Position numbers and translations under genes: made by a program. Positions 32,701-44,749 of a stretch of 64,000 nucleotides of DNA are shown here, one piece after another (the first letter of the stretch is position 1; each line of letters starts with the position of its first letter). The notes under the pieces were generated by a model, which saw only the letters and a program-made list of their open reading frames with translations, ran no database searches and was not told the origin of the DNA. The stretch lies in assembly GCF_032191835.1 (NCBI RefSeq), contig NC_083240.1:18290001-18354000 (forward strand), in the 5' to 3' direction. The stretch comes from Heteronotia binoei (lineage: Eukaryota).

Positions 32701-35700
32701 TTGGAAGGCACCTCTAGGGTCATCTAGTCCAACCCCCTGCACAATGCAGGAAACTCACAAACACTTCCCCCTAAATTCACAGGATCTTCATTGCTGTCAG
32801 TTGGCCATCTAGCCTATGTTTAAAAACCTCCAAGGAAGGAGAACCCAACACCTCCTGAGGAAGCCTGTTCCACTGAGGAATCGCTGTAACAGTCAGGAAG
32901 TTCTTCCTAATGTTGAGCCGGAAATTCTTTTGATTTAATTTCAACCCATTGGTTTTGGTCCTACCTTCTGGGGCCACAGAAAACAATTCCACACTATCCT
33001 CTATATGACAGCCCTTCAAGTACTTGAAGATGGTGATCATATCACCTCTCAGCCGCCTCCTCTCCAGGCTAAACGTCCCCAGCTCCTTCAACCTTTCCTC
33101 ATAGGACTTGGTCTCCAGACCCCTCACCATCTTCGTCACCCTCCTCTGGACCCATTCCAGCTTGTCTATATCCTTCTTAAAATGTGGTGCCCAAAACTGA
33201 ACACAATACTCCAGGTGAGGTTTTACCAGAGCAGAGTAAAGCGATACCATCACATCACGTGATCTGGACACTATACTTCTGTTGATACACCCCAAATTGC
33301 ATTTGCCTTTTTAGCCACCGCACCACACTGTTGACTCATATTCAGCGTATGATCCACTAAGACCCCTAGATCCTTTTCGCACATACTACTGCTAAGACAA
33401 GTCTCCCCCATCCTATAACCATGCACTGGATTTTTCCTGCCTAAATGCAGAACTTTACATTTATCCCTGTTAAAATTCATTTTATTGATTTTAGCCCAAT
33501 TTTCCAGCCTGTCAAGGTCATCCTGTATCCTGTTTCTGTCTTCTTCTATGTTTGCAACCCCTCCCAATTTAGTATCATCTGCAAATTTAATAAGCATTCC
33601 CTCTATTCCTTCATCCAAATCATTGATAAAGATGTTGAACAAAACAGTATAAATAACGTGTCCATACAAATAATGAGAAATCATACAACAAAGACAAGCC
33701 ACTCTCATTCCTACTGACTCTTTCTTGGTGAACAACGTCCACACCAATTGATGGTCTTAGCTGAAGTCCGACGCTCATGAAAAACCTGTCCTTAGGTCGT
33801 TTCGAGGCTTAAAGCTCTTCTTCCAGGGACTGTCTGTTGACAGTGTACTGTACAGTAGGTAAGTGGTGTCAAGATACACCTTCTTATATTCTCTATGTCT
33901 CAATTCATTTTGCCTTTTTCGTTCATTCATAATGCATTATGCTGAAATATCTCTGCTAATTTCATCGACATCTGTTTTTTGATTTTTTGCATGGAGAGAG
34001 GTTTTCTGTTGTACCAAAAAAGCCCTCGTCAGGAGGTTTTTGCTGCTGAGAGGGGAAAGGCTGGCAAATTCTTGTCCCTGTTCCCAAAGGGGGACTCCCT
34101 CAAAACAAGGAAGATCTAGGGTTGCCAGCTCTGAGTTGGGAAATTCCTGGAGATGTTGGGGGCGGAGCCAGAGGAGGGGAGAGACCTCAGTGTGGTTGCT
34201 ACTTGAGACCATCGTGGATATGGCTGGAGGTCTCTAAAGGCACACAGAAGCTCAGTGTGTGGCTAGCCCAAGATCAGCCACCAAGCTTCCATGGCAGAGC
34301 AAGATCCTAGTCCAGCACACTAATCAGTATGTCACACTGGAAGAGAAGACTGAACCAGAGCTGGGGGATTTGCCCCATTTGTATGCTCACCTCCTCCGCA
34401 AGCTTGAATAAAGAAGAGTTTGGGTTTCCCCCTCAGGAGCGGGCAGTGAGACCCGTTGAAGTAGCTGACAATCTTTTCCACTGCAACAGGCATGCCGTCT
34501 GTGCCGAAGATCCCACCGGGAAACCGATTGTGTCTGGCCTGCAAGACAGGAAACAACCCACCAATTGACCCTAGTCTTGCAGCAGAAGACAAGAGCCTGT
34601 CACATCTCTCCTCTTTCCTTGCAGGCAGTCTAGTCCGGGGTCCCCAGCTCAGTGCCTGTGGGCACCATGCCCCCTACGGAAACCTTTCTTGACACCCACC
34701 ACGTGTTTTTGGAAAGTGGGCAGAGCCAGTCAGAGCTTTTGCCCAGCAGGGTTTCTGGTTGGCTGTGCAGATTTCAAGCAAGAACAACATTGCTTTGGCA
34801 GCAGCTACCACCAGAGCATAAGGGTCTTCGCAGCACAACTGATGATAAGCTGTGTGGAAGCCAGAAGAAACTTTTAAATAACGTGTTCATTTCAAAAGGC
34901 AGCCTGTTAAGCACACCTTCTGCCTGAAAGGTTGAAATGTTACTATTAGATCTATGGAGAACCTCAATCCCTGGTATTTTCTGACTGGCTCTGCCTCCTG
35001 GGGCAACCATTTTATGGTTGCACCTACCACCCTGCATGAGAATTCCAAAGGTGCCAGGCTCACTAAGATGGGGACTCCTGGTCTAGCATAAAGGAAGATG
35101 TGAGGTGGGAAGTAGGGTTGCCGGGCCCCTCCAGTCACTCATGGGGGACGGGGGGGTTGAGTAGGGTTGCCAGATCCAAGCTGAGGTACTGCTGGAGATT
35201 GGGGGGGTCAAGACTGGGGAGGACAGTGAGCATCAATGCCCTCCCAAACATCCATTTTCTCCAGGGAAACTAATCTCTGGAGATGAACTGTAATTCCAGG
35301 GGATCCTCAGTTCTCTCCTAGAGGCTGGCATCCCTACCAGCGGGACATATTTGTAAAACATAAGAGAAGCCATGTTGGATCAGGCCAATGGCCCATCCAG
35401 TCCAACACTCTGTGTCACATAAGAACATAAGAGAAGCCATGTTGGATCAGGCCAATGGCCCATCCAGTCCAGCACTCTGTGTCACATAAGAACATAAGAG
35501 AAGCCATGTTGGATCAGGCCAATGGCCCACCCAGTCCAAAACTCTGTGTCACATAAGAACATAAGAGAAGCCATGTTGGATCAGGCCAATGGCCCACCCA
35601 GTCCAACACTCTGTGTCACTTAAGAACATAAGAGAAGCCATGTTGGATCAGGCATACTGTGGCTAATAGCCACTGACATTTAATATTTTTGACCCGATAT

Positions 35701-38700
35701 AGAGTAACGTTAAGCTGAACGCACTGGTCCCGAGGGGTTTGCAGTGGCGCACAGACCCCCCCGAAGCCTACCTGACAGCCATGGGAAAGGATCACCACCA
35801 AGCAGCAGTCAAGAGGCCCATGGTCCCGCCTCACCAGGTTCTGCAACTCCCAAGTGATTTCCTACAGATGTTTGTGAGAAAAAAACAACCCTTGCATTAA
35901 AAACGTTTGTGCTGATGGATGCTGCGTTCCTTCCCCTTTACAAAAGCAGAGGCTAGTGCTGCATTCCTGAAAGGCAGAGCTGAGCTGATGGGAATCAACA
36001 CTGTCTTAATCACAAAAGGATTTGATGAAAGATGAGTGGAAGCCCCTGGAGATCTGGCGGCAAGGATGATGGGGGAAGAGGAGGAGGAAAGAGATCCCCT
36101 TTATTTGGAATGGAGCCCCGTATACAAGGCAGCGTTCTTTGATGGCTTCCCAATTGCAAGATTTCTTTCTCCTATGCAGAAAACATGAACTTCAAGCCAT
36201 ACTTATACCACTGACTACTTTAAGGCGAAAGGAAACATTAGATCACATCTAAAACCAAGACTTGTGCAAATTTATCAGCCCGGCTGACCCTTTGGGGTCC
36301 ACTACTGGGAACTGCCACCACAAAGATGCTGTTCATAGCTGCCTCCCTTTGCTCTCGACCTGAGCTGTTAGATCTCGGCGAGTCAAGACTTCGAAATGGA
36401 GCGACCGGAAGCGCCTTTCTAGTCTCTCGCAGTCCAGATCAGAGCCAACGCGGGCGGCATGGCCGGACTCTTTGGAGAAGTTCACATTGTTGATAATAAG
36501 GCAGAAACCACAGGGGTCAGAATTCATAGAGTAAACCTATAATGCAAGATAAGAATTAATTTTTCCCCCCTGTTGAAAACATCTGGGTTAAAAAAACACA
36601 AGGTTCTCAAGTATGCAAGTGTCAACGGAGACCAATTAACGTGCTACGCAAGAAGTCATAGTCCCACTATACACCGCTTTGGCCAGGGCACATCTGGAGT
36701 ACTGTGTGCAGTTCTGGAGGCCTCACTTCCCAAAGGATGTGGATAGAAAGGAGCAGGTGCAGAAGACAGAGTCAAGGATGATCAGGGGCCTGGAGACCAA
36801 GACCTACAAAAGGCTGAGGGACTTAGGACTGTTCAGTCTGGAGAAGAAGAGGTGGAGGAGGGGCACGATGGCTCTTTTGAAATCTCTGATAGGCTTAGAA
36901 GAGGGCAAGGAGCTGTACCTGTTGGCTGCAGAGAACAGGACTCACAATTATGGGTTTAAATTACAGGTGGAAAGGTACTATTTGGATATTAGGGTGGACT
37001 TTTTCTTCTTTACAGTAAAAGCAGTTCAGCAGCGGGATTGGTTGCTTAGGGAGTGATGAGCTCAGTTCCCCTTCACTGGCAGTCTTCGAGAAGCGGCTGG
37101 ACAAACACTTATCGGGGATGCTTGAGGCCAGGGGTGGCCAAACTTGCTTAACGTAAGAGCCATACAGAATAAACATCAGATGTTTGAAAGCCACAAGTCA
37201 TGAACGTCAGATGTTTGAGGAAGGAAGGAAGGAAATAGATGGGGGAGGTGGAAAGCAATTCTAACTTCAAATGCATTCTCTAAGCTGCTATCTGGCTTGC
37301 CTTGGAGAAGCGATTTTAAAAGACAAATGCCTTCTCCAGGCCAGCCAACAGGCAGGTGGAGGCTTCAAGAGCCACACAATATGTGTGGAAGAGCCACATG
37401 CGGCTCCCGAGTCACAGTTTGGCTACCCCTGCTTTAGGCTGATCTTGCTCTGAGCAGGGGGTTGGAATGGATGGCCATTTTCAACTTGATGATTCTAGGT
37501 TCCCTGATTGGCTTCCTGGTAATACTGAGGAGGGCAGGAATTCTCATCCCAGTACTGAACCAGCTGGTTTGCAAATGAAAGGTACGTAATTCACTATATT
37601 TAAAAAGAATTCTAAATTCTACTTCTTGAATATACAACAGGTTAAAAACAACAATAACAGAGGGGAGGGACTGACGGTTCTAATGCTGGAAAAACAAAGC
37701 TGAAGTTCATCCCATTTAGCAAACCTCATAAAAGATATGCATTTAAAAATACTAACCATTTCAGGATTCCTTGCAGCTCTCTCTTCCTCAGAACCTAAAA
37801 GGATCAGGGAGCAATATGATAGGTCAACCCATTGGGTTTTTTTTTAATATTTATCCCCCACAAAGGAAGAACAAGCATCAAGCCTCTGTTAGAATCCTGT
37901 TCACAGGACTACCCAAAACAGCCTGAGGACGGAGCAGGCTCCATGAGATGGGGTGTTGACTGCCGTTTGGAATCGGATAAAGTGAAAAACGGCAAAGGAG
38001 TTGTAAAAATTGAACAGCTGAAGTCCCTAGCAGGATGAGAGAGGAGAAATAGCTTGCTTACTGGTTTCTATGACACCTCTCCAGGTTTGAGGCAGATTAC
38101 AACATAAAACACGCTAAAATGAACAACATGAAACTATTCAAAGTTCAGAAAACCCAGCCCAAAAACCCATTCAGAGCATAAAAGCACCTCAAAACATTAA
38201 GCGGCTTGTCTCTTAAAGCAGCTGAAGCCTCATGAATAGTTCCCTTTAAAAAAAAAAAGGTTTATTAATGTTAATGTTTATGCTGTTTTGATTATTTTGT
38301 TTGTGAGCTGTCTCTGGAAAGGTGACATAGGAATTTTCTAAATAAATAAATGGAGGGGTCCAGAGGCTGTATCCATACATGGCTGCATACTGTAGTATAA
38401 TTTTTATTTTATTTTTTTGCAACCGGATTTTCCTACATAGATTAGGCAGCCCAACTGCCAGCAATGAAGAAATAATGTCTGTTGATGAACGGATGCAGCC
38501 TTAGGTTATGAGGGTGAAGAATTCCTATTTATCCTCTCACACAAAGAGTTTCTTTCTTCATTTTTAAACAATTTTATTGATAACATATGGTAACAATATC
38601 CATTTATATCGTCTCTATCTCTAACCCATATGATATTTTCTAACCCCCCCTCCCTCCATTACTAGACTCCCACCGAAGTTATATACTTAAAGTTAACTTA

Positions 38701-41700
38701 AAAAGGTACCTTTAACTATAAACATCTAAATTCTACTTTTTTCTAATACTTAATCATTATTAAAAAATTGTCCAATGTCTTTTTACATTCCATTCTTTCT
38801 CTACATAACATCTAAATTTCTTCCACTCCCTTTTAAACACTTCCAAATCATATTCTCTTAGGATTCTTGTTAGTTTATCCATCTCGCTCCACAATAAAAC
38901 TTTCATAATCCAATCCCATTTCTCTGGTATTTTTTCTTGTTTCCACAACTGCGCATACAATGTCCTAGCAGCTGAGAGCAAGTACCAAATTAAAGTTCTA
39001 TCTTCTTTTGGAATTTTTTCCATTTGTAATCCCAACAGAAAGGTCTACACAAAGAGTTTCTTTCAAGACCCCCACGTGTAGGATTATAAACAAACATGAC
39101 AAAGTCAGGGGCCTGGAGACCAAGCCCTAAGAAGAAGATTTTGGATTTATATCCCGCCCTATACTCTGAATCTCAAAGTCTCAGAGCCGTCACAATCTCC
39201 TCTACCTTCCCCCCACACACACACACAACAAACACCCTGTGAGGTAAGTGGGGCTGAGAGTGCTTTCATTGCAGCTGCCCTTTCAAGGACAGCTTTTATG
39301 AAAGCTATGGCTGACCCAAGGCCATCTCAGCAGGTGTAAGTGGAGAATCAAACCCAGTTCTCCCAGATAAGAGTCCACGCACTTATCCACTACACCAAAC
39401 TGGCTCTCAGTTTCCTAAGAGGAAAGGCTGAGGGACTTGGGAATGTTCAGTCAGGAGAAGAGGGGGGGGGGCACGATTGCTCTCTTGAAGATTTGAAGGG
39501 CTGTCATTTAGAGGAGGGAAGGGAGCTGTTCCTGTGGGCAGCGTAGGATAGGCCTCACAAAAATGGGTTTAAATTATGGGAGGAAAGATTGGATATTAGG
39601 ATTTTTTTTTTACAGTAAAAATAGTCCAGCAATGGAGTTATCTACCTCCCTCTCACTGGCAGCTTTTAAGCGGCAGCTGGACAAACACTTGTTATTTAGG
39701 GATGTCCTCAGTGAATCCTGCACTGAGCAGGGGGGTTGGAATAGAATCCTTCCAACTCTGCGATTTTATGATTCTACATTCTAGTATTCTGAAGCAGAAC
39801 ACATCTGATCTCACTAGATTTTGTCAGTAAGCCTGCAGAGGAAGAGAGATGATAAGCAAGCAGATGATGAGGAAAGAGTTTTCTCCTTACCCCGAGTGGC
39901 TGCAATATCACGAACTGGTTCTCGGATTCTATCCTGGACTGGCAAAGGTAAATATTCTCTGGTCTGAATACCTGCAATATAGGACAGTTGGACTTCCTAA
40001 GCCTCCTTCTGCACAGAAGCCGAGACTTTTCTCAAAACACTTGTGAGCAGAGATACCAAGAGCTTTGTTATCATGTTTGAGATCAGGGGTGGCCAAACTG
40101 TGGCTTGAGAGCCACATGTGGCTCTTCCACACATATTGTGTGGCTTTTGAAGCCCCGACTGCCCTGTTGGCCAGCCCGGAGAAGGCATTTGTCTCTTTAA
40201 ATCACCTCTCCGAGCCAAGCTAGCTCACAGCTTGGAGAATGCATTTTTAAGTTAAAGTTGCTTTCTTTCCACCTCTCCCTCCCTCCTATTTGCTTTCCTC
40301 CCTCCCTGTCTTGCGGCTCTCAGACATCTGACATTTATTCTATGCGGCTCTTAAGTTAAGCAAGTTTGGCCACCCCTGCTTGAGATGCATTCACCCAGCC
40401 CCACAAGCAGACTTGAGTCCAGAAATTCCCAATGCAACTGAATCAAGATCAGCCACTCGAGACATACCTGGGTCAACTTGTCCAGCCCGTGAGCAGCCCA
40501 CAACTGGCTTTATGTGGACTGGTGGCAATTGCGGATGGCTGCATCCCTCGCTCAGAAGAGTTGCCAGATCTTGCTGTCCAGTTTCACGGAGGCACCAGAT
40601 GAAGGCAGGGAGGGCTTCTTTTCCTCTCGTCTGCAGGTCGGTGATCAAATCCCTGGCCTGATCCCTTCGAGTACCTGCTTTCTGGAGACAAATGATTCCT
40701 TCTGGGAAGTCCTGCAACTGTAGACCATAGATTCTATGCCTTTGCATTTGAAAACCAAGGGGGGAAATAAAGTAGCTTAAATAGTGCTGCTTCTATACTA
40801 GTGCAACCAGCAATTGATCCAGCTCTTTTTCTGGCAGGAGCACCTCTGCATACTAGGCCACGCCCCCTGATGTAGCCAATCCTCCAACAGTTTAGAGGGC
40901 TCTTAGTACAGAGCCTACTGTAAGCTCCAGGAGAATGCAGAGGAGCTCCTGCTAGAAAAAGAGTCCTAGAAGGAGCTAATCAGACTCCCACCCCCACATT
41001 CAGAGGCAGTCAGCCTCTGAATCCCAGTGCCACGAGGCAGCATCAGGAGAAGACCCTGGCCTCTGTGCTCTGTCGGACTTCCAGAGAAACCAGTCGGCCA
41101 CTGTGTGAGACAAGGTGCTGGACTAGATGGGCTGATCTAGCAGGGTTGTCCTTATGTTCTTACGTCCTTAAGTTGTCATCGGACTCCTGCTTTATTTCCT
41201 TCCACTGGCCTTTCTTTTTCGTAAACCCCACTTACATGGCACTTCCCTGAATTTTCTGATCCCCCCTCCAATTAAAATTGGACACATGCTTTCCACTGGA
41301 GGCCCAGTTCTACCTGCAACAGTTGATTTTTTAAAATGATTTGTTTATATCTCACCTTTCCTCATGGCTTCAAGTAGCGTACAAACCATACTGAAAAACA
41401 TCACAATTGAAAACCAACTAAATAAATCCCCCAAATAACCCATTCCAAAATATACCTCATATGTCTACTCTGTTAAACGCTAATAAAACAGCCTTGCAGG
41501 GCCTTCTAAGAGTTATATTTGAGGATATATGCCTGCAGAGGAGTCCAGCCACTATGCTCCTGCATGAGTCCCTGTTCTGAGAATCCCTCCTTTGTGGGCT
41601 GCATCTCTGCCTTGGGAACAAATGATCCCCAGTGCCAAAATTATCAACAGAGGGTGATTTAAATGTGATGCTGGCAAAGAAAAATCACTTTCTTGAGGGA

Positions 41701-42589
41701 CTTCGCACCCATAATCCCATCTCACTTAAAATGGGCTGCTACTTCTCACATTTGATCTTTAGGAAGCACTGAAGACACTTTTCTTTAGGACTGTATTGGA
41801 TTTTAAATTTTGGTTTTATGTAATCTGTTTTATGCATTTTATTGGTACGGTAAGCCACCTGAACTCCCTAAGGAAGAAAGGCAGTTAATAAATGTTTCAA
41901 ATGCATAAATCAGGCCTTATCAGAAGGAGATCAGAGCAGTAACTCCTACGGAAATACAACAGTCAGACTCCTCCGCAGATAGATATTGTGGGCTCATGAC
42001 AGCCTAAAATGAACTTGTTTTTTGCAAATTAAGAACTGTGGAGTTTTTTATTTTAGGAGGATTGCAATGACAGTTTCCCTTCTGACATTCCACAAGCGAA
42101 GAAGTTGGAGGGCTGGTGGAATTAGACAAGGTTGCTCTGGGCTAGACAGCACCATCAAGAAGACACCAGGTTCTAGCCTTGGTTTTGGAAGGGATTTGCA
42201 GAGCACAATAGCCAGTGATGCGTGGCTCCTGCCCGTAAGGATCTCCATCATGTACAGAAAGAGAGATCGCTGCCCCGAAAGCTTTGGAGGTTGGGGGGAG
42301 CCCATTTTTTGTCTCTCTCCTAAATTCAGACCAGAGCTGGGAAGATCCCAAACGCCTTGGCATTGCTGCTCTCAGCACCTCCCCGGCGCCAAGCGGATCT
42401 TTCAGGCAGACAAGGAAGTTCCTGAAGCACAAAAGATTCTGCGCGCGGCCGCGGTACCTGGATCTCCTCGATCATGTCCGGCGTGAAGATCCCTTTGTGC
42501 ACCAGCAAGTCCCAGAGCGGTTCCACCTGCAGCTCCTTCACCAGGCGCAACCGCGAGCGCTGCAGCAGTTGGCGCTCAGTCTCGTCCAT
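29777..42589 (-). CDS. CASP9: Caspase-9, 420 aa, 10 coding exons
   Basis: Exons in transcription order: 42589-42458, 40681-40468, 39971-39891, 37794-37757, 36536-36360, 35861-35772, 34538-34391, 31314-31135, 30864-30755, 29869-29777 (1263 nt, frame continuous, GT-AG). CARD ([17 protein letters not shown]...[16 protein letters not shown]), catalytic LSHG and QACGG, processing sites LDSD|ANPF and DQPD|A, C-terminus [15 protein letters not shown]. The two short linker exons (81 and 38 nt) are the least certain. Confidence 0.93.
32689..33645 (-). mobile_element. 5'-truncated CR1 LINE (RT C-terminus plus 3' UTR), young
   Basis: [28 protein letters not shown] ... [22 protein letters not shown] ... 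FKHRLD, with a single -1 frameshift near 33297 and an ATTCTA-type tail near 32690. Confidence 0.9.
35358..35653. repeat. 67-bp tandem array, about 4.4 copies, derived from a LINE 3' terminus
   Basis: ACATAAGAGAAGCCATGTTGGATCAGG... starts at 35358, 35425, 35492, 35559 and 35626. Confidence 0.95.
36615..37500 (+). mobile_element. Degenerate CR1 LINE 3' fragment, interrupted by a hAT MITE
   Basis: [13 protein letters not shown]...RGLETK...LGLFSLEK; resumes after 37431. Confidence 0.8.
38557..39046 (-). mobile_element. 5'-truncated L1-clade LINE 3' end with 18-bp TSD
   Basis: ORF2 C-terminal motif [20 protein letters not shown]; AATAAA (plus-strand TTTATT 38573-38578) before an A-rich end; perfect direct repeat ACACAAAGAGTTTCTTTC at 38539-38556 and 39047-39064. 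Confidence 0.85.
39098..39785 (+). mobile_element. CR1 3' fragment interrupted by a SINE (39129-39408)
   Basis: GGGGCCTGGAGACCAAGCCCTA...GAGGAAAGGCTGAGGGACTTGGG continuity across the SINE; ends ATGATTCTA. Confidence 0.7.
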
Positions 42590-42700
42590 GGCCCCGGGCA
42601 AGGCAGCAAGCAGAGACACGACACCCACCCCAGGCGCAGCGCTCCTTCCGCGAAGGGAGACCCGCCCAGGGAACCCCGCCCACAGGCCCCGCCTACAGCA
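42400..42700 (-). promoter_or_regulatory. CpG/GC-rich region over CASP9 exon 1 and proximal promoter
   Basis: Dense CpG around the ATG (GCCATGG Kozak context) and GGGCGG boxes near 42661-42690. Confidence 0.65.
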
Positions 42701-44749
42701 TCACAGTCCACATAAGGACATATGGGCAGGGAGAGGAAGGGATCCCTGCTCTGTTGCTTTAACTGTCCACGAAGGGGATATGAGAATTTCGGTCTGGCCC
42801 ACCGACGGAAACATTAAAAACCAGTGGGGGGGACATTTTGCTCTTCTATTGCTGACCTAAGTGGGGGAGTCCAGAGAAGCTTCATGACAACATGAGGTTC
42901 ACCAGTTCAGAACCATGGACCACCCCCCTCCCCAACGGCTGAATGGGGACAGAGGATTCGGATGTCAATACAGATCAGGGGTGGCCAACCGGCGGCTCTT
43001 TCACACAGATTGTGTGGCTCTTGAAGCTCCCACCGTTCTGTTGGCCAGCTTGGAGAAGGCATTTGTCTCTTTAAGTCACTTCTCCAAGACACGCCAGCTG
43101 GCAGCTTGGAGGATGCATGTAAAGTTGAAGTTGCCTTCCTTCCATCTCTCCCTCCCTCCTTCCCCCTCGCTCCTTACATCTGATATTTATTCTATGTGGC
43201 TCTTATGTTAAGCCTGTTTGATTTAGATAAATTTTTTTGCCCCCACGCATTTCTCCTCTGCGCTAAGATCGAGCTGATTCCAGCTCGCATTGCATCTCTG
43301 CATCCTGCTAGCCTTATTGACTAGGATAGAAGGACTCAGCAGTCTCTGTTCTCACTCATATTGGACGAAGAGAGCTTTGACTTTCAAAAGCTCATTCCCC
43401 AGAACATCTTGTTGGTCTCTCAAGGTGCTGCCGGCTGTCTAGGTGTTCTACTGCGGACCAGCACAGCTAACCTCTGAAGCCTGTTTGCCAGGTGGAGCCT
43501 GGGAGGAATGCAATGAACGTCTTAAGGAAGAGAATGTATGTAGTCTGGAGATCAGTTGCAAGTCCAGGAGATCCAGAGGAGTTAGCCGTGTTAGTCTGTT
43601 GCTGCAAAATAGTAAAGAGCCCGGTAGCACTTTTAAGACTAACAAATTCTGTAGTAACATAAGCTTTCAAGAAGCACAGCTCTTTGTCAGATGGATGGAA
43701 GGTATGTAGGAACTGGCCAGAGATATATAGATGGTAAGCGGAGGGGTGAGAGGATGCAGGAAGTGAATGCCATGTGACTACAAAGCAGTTGCAAAAGTCA
43801 TAAAAAAAGGTAGAATGTGCATTCCAGGCCTTCCTTCTATTGATGAATTCCAAGAGAGACTCCAGCCCTCACCTAAAGGTTGGCAACCCTATGTGGAAAT
43901 TTCCTTTAGAAAGTTTTAAAAATTGTTTGGCTTAGGGGTTAATATATCTAAATTTTGAGAGAGATTCTTTTTTTTCGTTATCGTTAATAATGTAGCTTTT
44001 TAAATTCAAAAACTGGAATAATTTCAGCTGTGCTAGTCATAAAACAAAGCAAGAGTCAAGTGCACCTTTAAGATCAACAATGTTTTATTCAGAATGTAAG
44101 CTTTCATGTGCTAGAAGCACACTTCATCAAAGAAAACTATGGAATGGCAAGCAGTCCTAAATATAGAGAAAGTGGGCAGTGAATTAGGATGCAGTCATGG
44201 AAATGTTTCTTAGCAGATTTGCCAAGAGTCACGAGTTAGGGGTCTGGTGTTTGTTAGTTTATGTTAACTGGGCTGAAACAACAACAATTAAGTTGGAATA
44301 GCAGGTTGATGTCCATGTACTAAACCCATTAAGTATCCTGGGTGTGAATTGCTCTGAGTTAAAATGGGGGCATAGGTTTTTCAGGGGTTTGATTTAAACA
44401 TGTAACACACATATAAACATAATTCTAGTTTGCCATTAGAAAAAAGAATGCATTAAAATATAGTAGAAGATGGGTTAGCATATGTAATGAGATCCAGTAT
44501 CCCTATTTGAGTATGTCAATACAAAAAACATTATTCTGATACACTATTCTAAAAGAGAAATAAATTGGATTTGTTCATTGTTAACTTGTGCCATTGATTG
44601 CCATCTGACTGAGTATTGCTTGATGTTGTTTATAAGTTTTAAATTAGTTATGCTTAATTGTAATTATTTATTGTGTTTATTAGTACTGCTGTAACCCACA
44701 CTGAACCTTGCTGTGCAGGGGAAGGGCGGGCTAGAAATCAAACATAATC

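Noticed and set aside
35358-35653. CRISPR-like regularly spaced repeats
   Set aside because: The units are contiguous 67-bp copies with no unique spacers, in a vertebrate intron, and derive from a LINE 3' end.
42590-42628. N-terminal extension of caspase-9 (MGVVSLLAALPGA) from the ORF track
   Set aside because: It begins at GTG; the ATG at 42589 has a strong Kozak context and matches the conserved CARD start.
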